DNA from: Armatimonadota bacterium
GTDB lineage: Bacteria > Sysuimicrobiota > Sysuimicrobiia > Sysuimicrobiales > Humicultoraceae
Length of the DNA: 48,755 bases
Assembly: GCA_037443365.1 (NCBI GenBank)
Contig: JBBIOM010000012.1
Coordinates: 1,250-50,004, forward strand
Direction of reading: 5' to 3'
The notes beneath the pieces are model-generated. The model worked only from the letters and a program-made list of their open reading frames with translations. It searched no databases and had not been told where the DNA came from. Made by a program: the position numbers and the translations under genes. Positions 9,778-20,414 of this stretch are shown here, piece after piece; the stretch's first letter is position 1; each line of letters begins with the position of its first letter.

Positions 9778-11103
9778 ATGCACCTTGCCCTGACCGGCGG
9801 CACCGTGCTCGTCTCCCTGGAGGAGCCCGCGCTGGTCCGGGCCGACGTGCTGATCGAGGGGGGCAGGGTGCGAGCGCTCGGGCAGGCCCCGGAGGGTGTC
9901 CCCCGCCGTGACTGCTCGGGCTGCCTGCTCATCCCCGGAAATGTCTGCGCGCACACGCACCTGTACTCGGCCCTGGCGCGTGGGATGCCCTATCGCCTGG
10001 ATCCGCCTTCCAACTTCACTCAGAACCTCCAACGCATCTGGTGGCGGCTGGATCGCGCCCTGGACGAGGAGACGGTGCGCACGTCGGCCCTGGCCGGCGC
10101 CATGGGCGCGCTGCTGTCCGGCACGACCACGGTGGTGGACCACCACGCTTCGCCGAATGCCATCTCGGGCTCGCTTGACGTCATCGCCGACGCCCTCGAG
10201 GAGATCGGGCTGCGCTCGGTCCTGTGCTACGAGACGACTGACCGCGACGGCCCCGAGCGGGCACGCGCTGGGATCGAGGAGAACCGGAGGTTCTTGAGGA
10301 CGCACCGCCCCTTGGCTGCGGGGCTGGTGGGCGCGCACGCGTCGTTCACTCTCTCGGAAGACACGCTGGCCGCCTGCGTCGAGGTCGCGCGCGCGGCGCG
10401 AGCGGGCGTGCACATCCACGTGGCCGAGGACCGCGCCGACCAGCGCGACTCCCTGGCGCGCTTCGGCCAGCGCGTGGTGGCGCGGCTGTCCCTGGCCGGC
10501 GCTCTCGACGAGCGGGCGGTCCTGGTCCACTGCGTTCACGTGGACGATACCGAGATCGGGTTGATTCGCCAGTCGGGCGCCGCGGTGGCGCACAACGCGC
10601 GCTCCAACATGAACAACTCGGTCGGGCGCGCGCGCGTGGGTCTGCTCGGGGACCGTGTGGTGCTCGGCACCGATGGCATCGGCGCCGACATGTTCGCCGA
10701 GTCAGCGGTCGCATACTGGCGAGGGCGCGAGGACGATCTCTCGCTGGGCTTCACCTGGCCGCTGCAGCGCATGGCCGCGGGCGCGCGCATGGCCGGGCGG
10801 ATCCTAGGCGAAGAGACGCTGGGACGCATACAGGCCGGTGCGCCGGCGGATGTCGCGGTGCTGGACTACGCGACCCCAACGCCGCTGCACGCGGGCAACC
10901 TGGCCGGTCACTGGCTCTTTGGCCTATCGGCGCTGCACGTGCGCGACGTGCTGGTGCGCGGCGAACTCGTGGTGGCCGACCGACGGCTGACGCGGGTGGA
11001 TCAAGACGGGCTCGCCGCGCAGGCCAGGGCGCAGACGGAGCGGCTGTGGCGCCGCCTCGAGGAGATTGGGCCTCACGAGTTCGAACCAGCGGGAGGAAGG
11101 TAG
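9778..11103 (+). CDS. ssnA: SsnA-like metal-dependent amidohydrolase
   Basis: [73 protein letters not shown] before ATG 9778. Confidence 0.85.
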   Translation: MHLALTGGTVLVSLEEPALVRADVLIEGGRVRALGQAPEGVPRRDCSGCLLIPGNVCAHTHLYSALARGMPYRLDPPSNFTQNLQRIWWRLDRALDEETVRTSALAGAMGALLSGTTTVVDHHASPNAISGSLDVIADALEEIGLRSVLCYETTDRDGPERARAGIEENRRFLRTHRPLAAGLVGAHASFTLSEDTLAACVEVARAARAGVHIHVAEDRADQRDSLARFGQRVVARLSLAGALDERAVLVHCVHVDDTEIGLIRQSGAAVAHNARSNMNNSVGRARVGLLGDRVVLGTDGIGADMFAESAVAYWRGREDDLSLGFTWPLQRMAAGARMAGRILGEETLGRIQAGAPADVAVLDYATPTPLHAGNLAGHWLFGLSALHVRDVLVRGELVVADRRLTRVDQDGLAAQARAQTERLWRRLEEIGPHEFEPAGGR

Positions 11104-11105
11104 CC

Positions 11106-12119
11106 ATGGCTTCCGGCAGCGGGCGCGTCGCCCTGTACCTGCAGGACAAGCATCCCATCCGTGAGGGAATGGAGTACGTGCGCTACGCCGAGGAGCGCGG
11201 GTTCGAGGCGGTGTGGCAGGCCGAGAGCCGGCTGGTGCGCGAGGCCACGATACCGCTGGCCGCGTTCGCCGCGGTCACCCGGCGGATCAAGGTCGGGACC
11301 GGGGTCATCAGCCTCTGGACGCGCAACGTGGGGCTGATGGCGGCCACGTTCTCCACCCTCGACGACCTGGCGCCGGGCCGGGTGATGCTGGGGATCGGCG
11401 CCTGGTGGGAGCCGCTGGCCACCAAGGTGGGCGTGGACCGGCGCAGGCCTCTAGAGGCGATGCGCGAGGTGGTCCTGGTCACGCGCCGGCTGCTGGCGAT
11501 GGAGCGGGTGACGTTTCACGGCGAGTTCGTGCACGTCACCGACATCGAGCTCGACATCGTGCACGGCGATCGCTCGCCCAAGAAGGTGCCGATCTACATC
11601 GGCGCCACCGGGATGAAGATGATGGCCCTCGCCGGCGAGATCGCCGACGGGGTGCTGCTCAACTACCTGGTAAGCCCTGCCTACAACGCGGCCGCGATGG
11701 AGGCCCTTGCCGCGGGCGCGGCCCGGGCCGGGCGGCGCGTCGAGGACATCGACCGGCCCCAGCTCGTGGTCTGCTCGCTGGACAGGGACCGCTCGGTGGC
11801 GCTCGACCGCGCGCGCGAGCTGGTGACGCAGTACCTGGGCCAGCAGCCGCACATCATGAAGGCCAGCGGGGTGGACCCGTCGCTGCTGGACGAGATCGGC
11901 AGGGTGCTCACCTGGCCGGCCGGGCCAGAAGAGATCCGCCGGGCGATGCGCCTCGTGCCCGACGAGGTGGTGCAGATGATCACAGCATCGGGCACCCCTG
12001 AGGAGTGCCGCGCCAAGGTGCGCGAGTACGCGGCCGCCGGGTGCACCTGCCCCATACTCTATCCCCTGGGAGACGATGTGCGCGCCATGATTGACGCCTT
12101 CGCGGAGGGACGGCTTTGA
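11106..12119 (+). CDS. LLM-class (luciferase-like) flavin/F420-dependent oxidoreductase, Mer-like
   Basis: [63 protein letters not shown]. Confidence 0.85.
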   Translation: MASGSGRVALYLQDKHPIREGMEYVRYAEERGFEAVWQAESRLVREATIPLAAFAAVTRRIKVGTGVISLWTRNVGLMAATFSTLDDLAPGRVMLGIGAWWEPLATKVGVDRRRPLEAMREVVLVTRRLLAMERVTFHGEFVHVTDIELDIVHGDRSPKKVPIYIGATGMKMMALAGEIADGVLLNYLVSPAYNAAAMEALAAGAARAGRRVEDIDRPQLVVCSLDRDRSVALDRARELVTQYLGQQPHIMKASGVDPSLLDEIGRVLTWPAGPEEIRRAMRLVPDEVVQMITASGTPEECRAKVREYAAAGCTCPILYPLGDDVRAMIDAFAEGRL

Positions 12120-12922
12120 TCGAGCCCGCAGCCACGGAGGCCTTTGTCCGTCTCGACGGCGTCACGCTCGACTACCAGCACGAGGGCCAACCCGTCCGCG
12201 CCGTCGAGGACGTCAGCCTCAACGTGCGGCAGGGCGAGTTCGTGGTGGTGGCCGGGCCCAGCGGCTGTGGAAAGACCACGCTGCTCAAGGTCCTGGCCGG
12301 CCTGGTCGTACCCGGCAAGGGCAGCGCCAGCGTGGGGAGCGTGCAGGTGCGCGGACCCCAAAAGAACGTGGGCATGGCGTTTCAGAACCCGATCCTGCTG
12401 CCCTGGCGCAAGGTCATTGACAACGTCCTGCTCCCGATGGAGGTCGTCGCCCCGCACAAGGCGCGGTTCCGTCGGCACCGCGCGGAGTACGTCGCGCAGG
12501 CGCGGGAACTGCTCGCCTCGGTCGGCCTGGAGGGGTTCGGCGACCGCCATCCCTGGCAGATCTCAGGCGGGCAGCAGCAGCGGGCCAGCCTGTGCCGCGC
12601 CCTGATCCACAACCCTCAGATCCTGCTGCTGGACGAGCCCTTCGGCGCGCTGGACGCCTTCACGCGGGAGGAGCTCTGGCAGGTCCTGCAGGCCCTGTGG
12701 ATGCAGCGACGGTTCACGGTGCTGCTGGTGACCCACGACCTGCGTGAGGCGGTGTTCCTGGCGGATACGGTGTACGTCATGAGCACGCGTCCCGGGCGGA
12801 TCGTCTCGCGCACGCCCGTGGACATCCCCCGTCCGCGCACGCTGGAGGACACCTTCGGCGCGCAGTTCACCGATACGTATCACGAGATCAGGCGTCAGAT
12901 AGGCGAGGTGCTGGGACGATGA
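12116..12922 (+). CDS. NitT/TauT-family ABC transporter ATP-binding protein
   Basis: Walker [46 protein letters not shown]. Confidence 0.93.
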   Translation: MIEPAATEAFVRLDGVTLDYQHEGQPVRAVEDVSLNVRQGEFVVVAGPSGCGKTTLLKVLAGLVVPGKGSASVGSVQVRGPQKNVGMAFQNPILLPWRKVIDNVLLPMEVVAPHKARFRRHRAEYVAQARELLASVGLEGFGDRHPWQISGGQQQRASLCRALIHNPQILLLDEPFGALDAFTREELWQVLQALWMQRRFTVLLVTHDLREAVFLADTVYVMSTRPGRIVSRTPVDIPRPRTLEDTFGAQFTDTYHEIRRQIGEVLGR

Positions 12923-13695
12923 GGCGCGCTGGCCTGCTGGCCGAGTGGCTTCCTCCGCTGGTCGTGATCGTGCTCGCCTTCGCAATCTGGGAGGCCGGGG
13001 TCGCCCTGCTGCGCGTGCCCGATTTCATACTGCCCGCGCCCAGCAAGGTGTGGATGGCCCTGCTCAGATGGCGCGAGGCCATCTGGTTCAACGCGTCGCA
13101 GACGCTCTACACGACCCTTGTGGGATTCGCCATGGCGCTTGTCGGGGGAATGGGGCTCGGACTGGCCATCGGGTACTCCACCCTGGTTTACCGCGCGCTC
13201 TACCCACTGCTTGTGGGGTTCAACAGCGTGCCCAAGGCCGCGATCGTGCCCGTGCTCGTCATCTGGTTTGGAATCGGCACGGTGCCGGCGATCCTCACGG
13301 CGTTTCTCATCTCGTTCTTCCCCATAGTTGTGAACGTGGCGACCGGCCTGGCCACGCTCGAGCCCGAACTGCAAGACGTGCTCCTCTCGCTGGGCGCATC
13401 CAAGCGTGAGATCTTCACCAAGGTCGGCATCCCGCGGTCGCTTCCCTACTTCTTCGCGTCGCTGAAGGTGTCGGTCACGCTGGCGTTCGTGGGCGCCGTG
13501 ATATCGGAGACCGTGGCCTCGAACAAGGGCATCGGGTACCTGATGATCGCGGCCAGCTCGCGCTTCGAGGTGCCGCTCGTGTTCGCCGGCCTGATCGTGG
13601 TCGCCGCCATGGGCGTGGCGCTGTTTGCGTGCTTCGCGGTCATCGAGCACCGGCTCACGGGTTGGGCCTATCGGGGACCGGCGCTGACCGCCTGA
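12919..13695 (+). CDS. NitT/TauT-family ABC transporter permease
   Basis: Hydrophobic; ILPAPS, VPKAAIVP, WFGIG, FFPIVVN; ATGA coupling to the ATPase gene. Confidence 0.92.
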   Translation: MRRAGLLAEWLPPLVVIVLAFAIWEAGVALLRVPDFILPAPSKVWMALLRWREAIWFNASQTLYTTLVGFAMALVGGMGLGLAIGYSTLVYRALYPLLVGFNSVPKAAIVPVLVIWFGIGTVPAILTAFLISFFPIVVNVATGLATLEPELQDVLLSLGASKREIFTKVGIPRSLPYFFASLKVSVTLAFVGAVISETVASNKGIGYLMIAASSRFEVPLVFAGLIVVAAMGVALFACFAVIEHRLTGWAYRGPALTA

Positions 13696-13719
13696 TACTA
13701 ACGCCGAAGGGGTGCAGCC

Positions 13720-14346
13720 GTGGGAAAGCCGGCGCTGGTCATCGTTGACGCGCAGAACGACTCCTGCCTGCCGGGAGCGCCTTTCGAGGTGCGCGGCGCC
13801 TCGGGCGTGCTTCCCAACATCCGGAGGCTGCTCGACGCCTTCCGCAAGCACGGCCTGCCGGTCGTCCACGCGCTGAGGGAGTACCGGGCAGACGGCGCGG
13901 ACATCGAGATAACGCGGCGCGACCGGTTCGTGCGGGCCGGCGGCGCGTTCGTCCCGGGCACGCGCGGGCACGCGCCTGCGGACGGGCTCGAGCCGGCCCC
14001 CGGCGAGACCGTGGTGCCCAGGCAGCGCTGGAGCGCCTTCCACAAGACCGACCTGGAAGGCGCGCTTCTGGCGGCCGAGGTCGAGATCGTGGTGCTGGCC
14101 GGGATGGATACCGTGGGCAGCATACGGTGCACCGCGTTCGATGCGCTGGCCTGTGACTTCGAGGTCGTGGTGGCCTCCGATGCGACCGCCTCCGGCGACG
14201 CCGAGGCGCACAAGGCCAACCTGCGCGACATGGAGGCGTACGGCATCGAGGTCTCCTCGGCCGATCACATCACGTGGGCCCTGCCCAAGCGGTTGGGCCG
14301 GCGGCTCAAGGCGCGGCGCGACGAGGCGAAGTCCGGCCAGTCCTGA
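13720..14346 (+). CDS. Isochorismatase/cysteine-hydrolase-family protein with atypical catalytic residues
   Basis: LVIVDAQND, RWSAF..TDL, AGMDTVGSIRCTAFDA, VASDATAS. Confidence 0.8.
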   Translation: MGKPALVIVDAQNDSCLPGAPFEVRGASGVLPNIRRLLDAFRKHGLPVVHALREYRADGADIEITRRDRFVRAGGAFVPGTRGHAPADGLEPAPGETVVPRQRWSAFHKTDLEGALLAAEVEIVVLAGMDTVGSIRCTAFDALACDFEVVVASDATASGDAEAHKANLRDMEAYGIEVSSADHITWALPKRLGRRLKARRDEAKSGQS

Positions 14347-14605
14347 CCTGGGTCATCCCTCAGGAGCAGGGGCGTATCCAGGGTAACCTCCTTCCGGCGG
14401 CGTTGACCAACCGCACGTCCGCGGTCCACAGCTCGCATCCCAGCAGTTCGGCAGAGGCCAGGAGACAATTCGATACGGTGACAGGCAAGATGTGACGTCG
14501 TCAAGCACATGCCCGCCGACCGCCTGATCGAGTATTCCATTGCTGCCGGTCTTGGTCGTGTGGCGCGTCTTTGGTTGAAGGGCACGCTGTTTCACCCGGC
14601 ATCTG

Positions 14606-14829
14606 ATGCTGGCTGTTAGGCACACAGCGACCCGAAGATCCTCGGGGGTACGCCTGTGTTGGTAGGCGACCGCGTCCCCGTTCGGATTCTGTTCGACTGC
14701 CTGGAAGCTGGCGACCCGCTGGAGTGCTTCCTCGATCAATATCCGACCGTCAGCCGCGAGCAGGCGCTCGCCTCCCTCGGGACGCCTACAGGGTCAGTGG
14801 GACCGCTCGAACCTCCTGAGCGCCTCTAG
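14606..14829 (+). pseudogene. DUF433 (VapB45-like) antitoxin remnant, frameshifted or start-less
   Basis: Frame from 14623 reads HSDPKILGGTPVLVGDRVPVRILFDCLEAGDPLECFLDQYPTVSREQALASL; in-frame TAG at 14617-14619; ATG 14606 is in another frame. Confidence 0.7.
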
Positions 14830-16128
14830 AATCGCCCGCGCGCCGAACTCGACCGCCTCGACCGGAATGCGTTCGTCGGCCGCGTGCACTAATCGCGAGA
14901 AGTTCATCCCCTCGGGCAGGCGCATCGGCAGGAAGCCGTAGGTCTGGATTCCCAGCCGGGCGAAGAACCGCCCATCGGTGGCGCCGGGCATCAGATACGG
15001 CACCGGGATGCCGTCAGGATCCTCGTCGCGCAGAATCCCGGACAGCAGATCGAACATCCCCATGTCGGGTGACGCCGGACCGGGGTCGTGGCGGACCACG
15101 CCCATCTCGACGACCTCAATCAGAGCAACGCCGGCGCCCAGGATTGATCGCAGCTCGGCGATCAGGTCATCCGGACCGCACCCCGGCAGCAGCCGGCCGT
15201 CCATATCGAGTGTGATCTCGCTGGGGATCACGTTGAGCTTCTCGCCGCCGCGCACGATCGTGGCGTTGACGGTGTTGCGCAGCAGCGGGGAGAACGTCCG
15301 GCCGCGCTCGCCCATCAGCGCGAGCGCGCCGTCCGCGCGACGCGGGTCCAGCAGCGAGCGCAGGATCCAACTGGACGGCGGCCGCAGCGCGCCTGCAATC
15401 GCCTCTATCATCTGCCGGACCACCGGGGTCACGCGCACGGGCAGGTAGCGCCGGTCCATTGTCCTCAGTATGCGTCCGAGCCCTGCCATGGCGCCGCCGC
15501 GCATCGGCAGCGCGCCGTGCCCGCCGGGCCCGCGTATGGTCGCTCTCACCCAGCAGATCTCCTTCTCGGCGACCTGGATGGGATAGAAAGTACGGCCGCC
15601 GACCGGCATCGTGAACCCGCCGAACTCGCCGATGGCGTAGCGGATCCCGTCGAACAGCCCAGCGTGGCGCTCCACCAGGAACCTGGCGCCATCGTCGCCA
15701 TTGGCTTCCTCGTCGCTCAGGATCGCCAGTACGATGTCTCCGGCTGGCCGCAGGCCCTCGGCCCGGGCGCGCAGGAAAGCAGAAAGCAGCATTGCCACGC
15801 CGCCCTTCATGTCCAGGGCGCCGCGGCCCCAGACGAACCCGTCCACAAGCCGGCCCTCGAACGGCGGGTGCTGCCAGACCTGTCCCGCGGTGGTTACGAC
15901 GTCCACGTGCCCGTAGAGCAGTAGCGGCGGCGCGGTGCCTTCCCCGGCCAGGCGCGCAATCAGGTTGGGACGCTCCGGGTCGTGGGCGAGCAGCGTGGTC
16001 TCGAACCCGGCAGCGGTCAGCAGGTCGTTGATGTAGCCGACGCAGGCGGCTTCGCGGCCCGGGGGGTTGGTGGTGTCGAACTGGATCAGCCGCCGCAGCA
16101 GCTCGGCGGGGTGCTCGTGAACGGACAC
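14794..16128 (-). CDS. M20/M25/M40-family metallo-hydrolase (ArgE/DapE/Acy1-like)
   Basis: DTTNPPG, YGHVDVV, WGRGALDMKG, SDEE, GGHG, NVIP, GATDGRFF, HAADERI; SD AGGAGG. Confidence 0.92.
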   Translation of the reverse strand: MSVHEHPAELLRRLIQFDTTNPPGREAACVGYINDLLTAAGFETTLLAHDPERPNLIARLAGEGTAPPLLLYGHVDVVTTAGQVWQHPPFEGRLVDGFVWGRGALDMKGGVAMLLSAFLRARAEGLRPAGDIVLAILSDEEANGDDGARFLVERHAGLFDGIRYAIGEFGGFTMPVGGRTFYPIQVAEKEICWVRATIRGPGGHGALPMRGGAMAGLGRILRTMDRRYLPVRVTPVVRQMIEAIAGALRPPSSWILRSLLDPRRADGALALMGERGRTFSPLLRNTVNATIVRGGEKLNVIPSEITLDMDGRLLPGCGPDDLIAELRSILGAGVALIEVVEMGVVRHDPGPASPDMGMFDLLSGILRDEDPDGIPVPYLMPGATDGRFFARLGIQTYGFLPMRLPEGMNFSRLVHAADERIPVEAVEFGARAILEALRRFERSH

Positions 16129-16150
16129 GGAATCCTCCTGGGAATGTGGC

Positions 16151-18553
16151 CTACTCGGGCTCCATCAGCGTCCCCTGCCCGTGGGTCAGCCCCCAGTAGT
16201 GCGGGACCGCCTTGGGGCCGGGCACGTCGGGGAGGGGAGGCTCCCCGGCTGAGGCGGCCGGAGGCGAGAGGCCGATCAGATCGTCGGGCCGCACCGGCAC
16301 GCGGTTGAGCACGCGCCCGGTGGCGTTGCGCAGCGCGGCCACGATGGCCGCGGTTGAGACCACGGTGGGCGGCTCGCCCACGCCCTTGACGCCGTAGGGC
16401 GATCCCGGCTCGGGCTCCTCGACCAGCACCGCCTCCACGCGCGGCGCATCCAGGATCGTGGGGATCAGGTAGTCGGTGAACGACGGGTTCAGGATGCGGC
16501 CTTCCCTCACCTGGACCTCCTCCATCAGGGCGAACCCCAGCCCCATGGCAATACCGCCCTCTATCTGCCCGCGGACGGCCTGGGGATTGATGGCGCGCCC
16601 TACGTCCTGCGCCGTGGCGATCTGCACGACCCGGGCCAGCCCCAGCTCCTCGTCCACCTCAACCACCGCCCGCTGCGCGGCGAAGGCGAAGCAGACGTGC
16701 GGGTCGCCCTGCCCACGCGCGTCCATCGCGCGGGTGGGGCGGTGATGATAGGCGCGCGTGCGCTCGATCGGCTCGTCCAGATATGCCTCGATATGCCCCA
16801 CCGGGACGCCGCCTGATGTCACCATACCGCCTTCCAGCCCCAGGGCTTCGACAGGCGTCCCGGTGGCACCATCCCTGCGCGCACGCCGGCGCACGCGCTC
16901 GAACAACTCCTCCCGGATCGCCTGGCAGGCAAGTTGCACGGCCCCGCCCGACATCATGGTCTGGCGCGAGGCCGAGGTGGAGCCGGCCGAGCCCACGAGC
17001 GTGTCCGCCGGATGCAGCACGACGTGCTCGACGCCCAGCTCGGTGCGCGCGATCTGCGCCAGCACGGTGTGCACGCCCTGCCCCACCTCGGCCGCGGCGG
17101 AGTGCACCTCGGCGATCGGCCCGCCCGGCCCGGCAAAGAGGTGGACGCGTGCCTCTGCGTAGTCGTCGAAGCCGTCGCTGTAGGCGATGTTCTTGTAGCC
17201 GACGGCGAATCCCACCCCGCGGCGCAGCGCCTCCCCGCGCGAGACGCCCCCGGCACCGCCCGGGTAGGAGAGCCGATCGCGGCGCGCTTCCTCCTGCGGC
17301 ATGGGGATCGCGGCGCAGCGTTCGATCACCTCTCGCACCGGCGCGCTGCCCTGGATGACCTGCCCGGTGGGCAGGACCGAGCCCGTCCCAAGCGCGTTGC
17401 GCAGGCGCAGCGCGACCGGATCCACGCCCAGCGCAGCAGCCAGTTTGTCCATCTGCGCCTCGTACGCGAAGCAGACCTGCACCGCCCCGAAGCCGCGCAT
17501 CGCCCCGCAGGGCGGGTTGTTGGTGAAGACGCGCGTGCCCTCGATCAACGCGTTGGGTACCTCGTAGGGCCCGGCCGCGAAGGTCGAGGCGTTACCGATC
17601 ACCGCCGACCCCGACGAGGAGTACGCCCCGCCGTCCAGCAGCAGGCGTGCGCGCACGCAGACGAGCCGGCCGTCGCGCGTGGCGCCGTGGCGCATCCAGA
17701 TGCGCGACGGGTGCCTGTGCACGTGCCCGAAGAACGACTCCTCCCGGCTGTAGACCATCTTCACCGGCGCGCCGGCGCGCAGCGCCAGCATACAGGCGTG
17801 GATCTGCATGCTGACGTCCTCGCGCGCTCCGAACGCGCCGCCCACGCCTGCCAGATGCAGGCGCACCTTGTCGGCCGGCAGGCCGAGGCAGGGGGCCACC
17901 TGCTCGCGGTCAACGTGCAGCCACTGCGTGGCGACGTAGAGTTCCACCCCTCCATCGGATGCGGGTATCGCCAGGCCCGACTCCGGACCCAGGAACGCCT
18001 GGTCCTGCATGCCGGTCTCGTAGTAGCCTTCGACCCACACGTCGGCGGGCGCATCGGGGTCACCGTGCACGATGCGGACATGCCGCAGCACGTTGCCATA
18101 CTCGTGGATGCGCGGCGCGTCCGGGTAGAGCGCCGCCGCCATGTCCGTGACCGCGGGCAGGATCTCGTAGTCCACCACGATCCGCGCGGCCGCCCGCTCA
18201 GCCGTCTCGAGATCCACCGCGGCCAGAACGGCCACGGGCTCGCCGATGTACCTGACGCGCTCCCATGCCAGCACCGGCTGATCGGCAAACTCCAGCCCAA
18301 AGCACTTCTTCCCGGGGACGTCCGCGGCCAGCAGCACCGCGCGCACGCCCGGTACGGCCAGCGCGCCGGTGACGTTGATCGAGCGGATGCGCGCGTGCGC
18401 GTGCGGGCTGCGCAGCGTGTGTCCCCACAGCATGCCCTCGGCCCAGAGATCGCTCCCGAACTGGAACGCGCCCTTGACCTTGGGCACGCCGTCCACCCGC
18501 CGGACGCTCTCGCCCACGCCGCCGCGCGTCCTGGTCAGGGTTCCGATGGTCAT
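16151..18553 (-). CDS. pucD: Xanthine dehydrogenase molybdopterin-binding subunit
   Basis: RVDG.PKV.G, LRSPHAHARI, MQDQAFLGPE, GGAFGARED, TNNPPCGAMRGFG, EVGQG, SASRQT, GQIEGG, KGVGEPP. Confidence 0.9.
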   Translation of the reverse strand: MTIGTLTRTRGGVGESVRRVDGVPKVKGAFQFGSDLWAEGMLWGHTLRSPHAHARIRSINVTGALAVPGVRAVLLAADVPGKKCFGLEFADQPVLAWERVRYIGEPVAVLAAVDLETAERAAARIVVDYEILPAVTDMAAALYPDAPRIHEYGNVLRHVRIVHGDPDAPADVWVEGYYETGMQDQAFLGPESGLAIPASDGGVELYVATQWLHVDREQVAPCLGLPADKVRLHLAGVGGAFGAREDVSMQIHACMLALRAGAPVKMVYSREESFFGHVHRHPSRIWMRHGATRDGRLVCVRARLLLDGGAYSSSGSAVIGNASTFAAGPYEVPNALIEGTRVFTNNPPCGAMRGFGAVQVCFAYEAQMDKLAAALGVDPVALRLRNALGTGSVLPTGQVIQGSAPVREVIERCAAIPMPQEEARRDRLSYPGGAGGVSRGEALRRGVGFAVGYKNIAYSDGFDDYAEARVHLFAGPGGPIAEVHSAAAEVGQGVHTVLAQIARTELGVEHVVLHPADTLVGSAGSTSASRQTMMSGGAVQLACQAIREELFERVRRRARRDGATGTPVEALGLEGGMVTSGGVPVGHIEAYLDEPIERTRAYHHRPTRAMDARGQGDPHVCFAFAAQRAVVEVDEELGLARVVQIATAQDVGRAINPQAVRGQIEGGIAMGLGFALMEEVQVREGRILNPSFTDYLIPTILDAPRVEAVLVEEPEPGSPYGVKGVGEPPTVVSTAAIVAALRNATGRVLNRVPVRPDDLIGLSPPAASAGEPPLPDVPGPKAVPHYWGLTHGQGTLMEPE

Positions 18554-19944
18554 GCCAGAGCGCTCCCTGCCCGGCGTCCGGCGATGCGCAGGGCAACGCG
18601 CCGGCCCTCCCAGGCTATCGCGGCCTCATCGGCGCCGACCAGGCGCGCGTCGCGCACCACCGCCCGTCCTTCCACGAACAGGTGCCGCACGCGCCCCGGC
18701 GAGCAGTGCACGAGCGCGGCTACGGGATCGGCCTGGGCGCCGGCGTGCTCCAGCCCATCCACCCCGAATATGGCCACATCGGCCCGACACCCAGGCCGCA
18801 GCGACCCGATGTCGTCGCGCCCCAGGCAGTCGGCGCCGCCCCGCGTGGCCACGCGCAGCGCCTCGCGCGCGCTCAGGGCCCGGGCGCCGCCGGCGCGCGC
18901 GACCAGCAGGCCTGTGCGCGCCTCCTCCAGCAGGTGCCCGCCGTCGTTGGAGGCGGATCCGTCCACGCCCAGGCCCACGCGCGCGCCCGCATCCAGCAGC
19001 AGCCGCACCGGTGCTATGCCTGATCCCAGGCGCAGGTTTGAGGTCGGGCACCAGGCCACGCCGGTCGCGCTCGACGCGATCTGGGCGACGTTCCCATCCG
19101 AGAGGTGCACGCAGTGGGCCAGCCAGACATCAGGCCCCAGCCAGCCGAGATCGGCGAGCAGGTCCACGGGCCGCTTGCCGTACGTGGCGCGGCAGTAGGC
19201 GTCCTCGTCCTGGGTCTCGGCGATGTGCGTGTGCAGCCGCACGCCGAGGCGCCGGGCCAGCGCCGCGGAGTCCCGCATCAGGCGGCCGGTGACCGAGAAC
19301 GGCGAGCAGGGCGCCACCGCGATGCGCAGCATGGCGCCGGGCGCGGGATCGTGGAAGCGCCTGACGGCATCCTCTGTCTGCGCCAGGATCGCGTCCGCGT
19401 CCTGCACGATCGCATCCGGCGGCAGCCCGCCCGCGGACTCGCCCAGGTCCATCGATCCCCTGCAGGGATGGAAGCGGAGCCCTATCGCGCGGGCGGCCCC
19501 GATCTCGGCTTCCAGCAGGTCCAACCCGTTGCTCTTCCTTGGAAAGACGTAGTGGTGGTCGGTGCTGGTCGAGCAGCCAGAGAGCGCCAGCTCGGCCAGC
19601 CCCACGCGCGCGGCCGCGAACACCCACTCCTCATCCACCCCGGCCCAGATCGGGTAGAGCGCGCGCAGCCATCCGAAGAGCCCCTGGTCCTGGGCGCGTG
19701 CGCGCGTCAGCGTCTGGTACAGGTGATGGTGCGCGTTGACGAGGCCGGGCAACGCAACCGTACCGCGCCCGTCCACGCGCTCGAGGCCGCCGGGGGCAGC
19801 GCCGGGCGCCGCCTCAGGCGGAGACCCTTGTCCGACCCATGTGATCACCCCGTTCTCGATCAGGAGCGAACCGCCGGGAATCTCGGTCCCCGCGTCGTCC
19901 ATCGTGACGACGACGTCGCACGCCTCGATCAGGATCCTGCTCAT
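18550..19944 (-). CDS. 8-oxoguanine-deaminase-like amidohydrolase (AtzB/TRZ family)
   Basis: [80 protein letters not shown]; start MSRILIE at 19944. Confidence 0.88.
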   Translation of the reverse strand: MSRILIEACDVVVTMDDAGTEIPGGSLLIENGVITWVGQGSPPEAAPGAAPGGLERVDGRGTVALPGLVNAHHHLYQTLTRARAQDQGLFGWLRALYPIWAGVDEEWVFAAARVGLAELALSGCSTSTDHHYVFPRKSNGLDLLEAEIGAARAIGLRFHPCRGSMDLGESAGGLPPDAIVQDADAILAQTEDAVRRFHDPAPGAMLRIAVAPCSPFSVTGRLMRDSAALARRLGVRLHTHIAETQDEDAYCRATYGKRPVDLLADLGWLGPDVWLAHCVHLSDGNVAQIASSATGVAWCPTSNLRLGSGIAPVRLLLDAGARVGLGVDGSASNDGGHLLEEARTGLLVARAGGARALSAREALRVATRGGADCLGRDDIGSLRPGCRADVAIFGVDGLEHAGAQADPVAALVHCSPGRVRHLFVEGRAVVRDARLVGADEAAIAWEGRRVALRIAGRRAGSALA

Positions 19945-20414
19945 GCAGTCCGCCCGCGCAGGCGCTCGGCGGCCAGTCGCACCGCGTCGAGGATCTTCAC
20001 GTAGCCGGTGCACCGGCACAGGTTGCCCGAGAGCGCCTCGCGCACCTCTGCCTCGTCGGGCGACGGATTGCGCGCGAGCAGGTCGGCCGCGGCCACCACC
20101 AGCCCGGGCGTGCAGAAGCCGCACTGCACCGCGCCTGCCTCCAGGAACGCCTCCTGCACCGGGTGCAGGCCCTCGGGTGATGCCAGGGCTTCCACGGTGC
20201 GCACCTCGCGCTCGTGCGCCTGCGCGGCCAGCACCAGGCAGGAGCACACCAGGTCGCCGTCCAGCCACACCGAGCACGCGCCGCACTCGCCCTGCTCGCA
20301 CCCGTTCTTGGAGCCGAGCAGCCCCAGGTGCTCGCGCAGGACGTGCAGCAGGCTGGCTTCGGGTGCCGGCCTGGCCTCGCGCCACTGGCCGTTGACCTTG
20401 AGGCGAATCAGCAT
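19941..20414 (-). CDS. Xanthine dehydrogenase 2Fe-2S subunit (CoxS/PucE type)
   Basis: [27 protein letters not shown]; start MLIRLKVNG at 20414. Confidence 0.93.
   Translation of the reverse strand: MLIRLKVNGQWREARPAPEASLLHVLREHLGLLGSKNGCEQGECGACSVWLDGDLVCSCLVLAAQAHEREVRTVEALASPEGLHPVQEAFLEAGAVQCGFCTPGLVVAAADLLARNPSPDEAEVREALSGNLCRCTGYVKILDAVRLAAERLRGRTA

Noticed and set aside
7118-11103. Selenocysteine UGA read-through in xdh or neighbouring genes
   Set aside because: No in-frame internal TGA; terminal TGAs fall at natural domain ends; Se-dependent Xdh uses a labile Se ligand, not Sec
14353-14739. 128-aa minus-strand ORF in the intergenic gap
   Set aside because: Largely the antisense of the DUF433 relic; no SD or motifs
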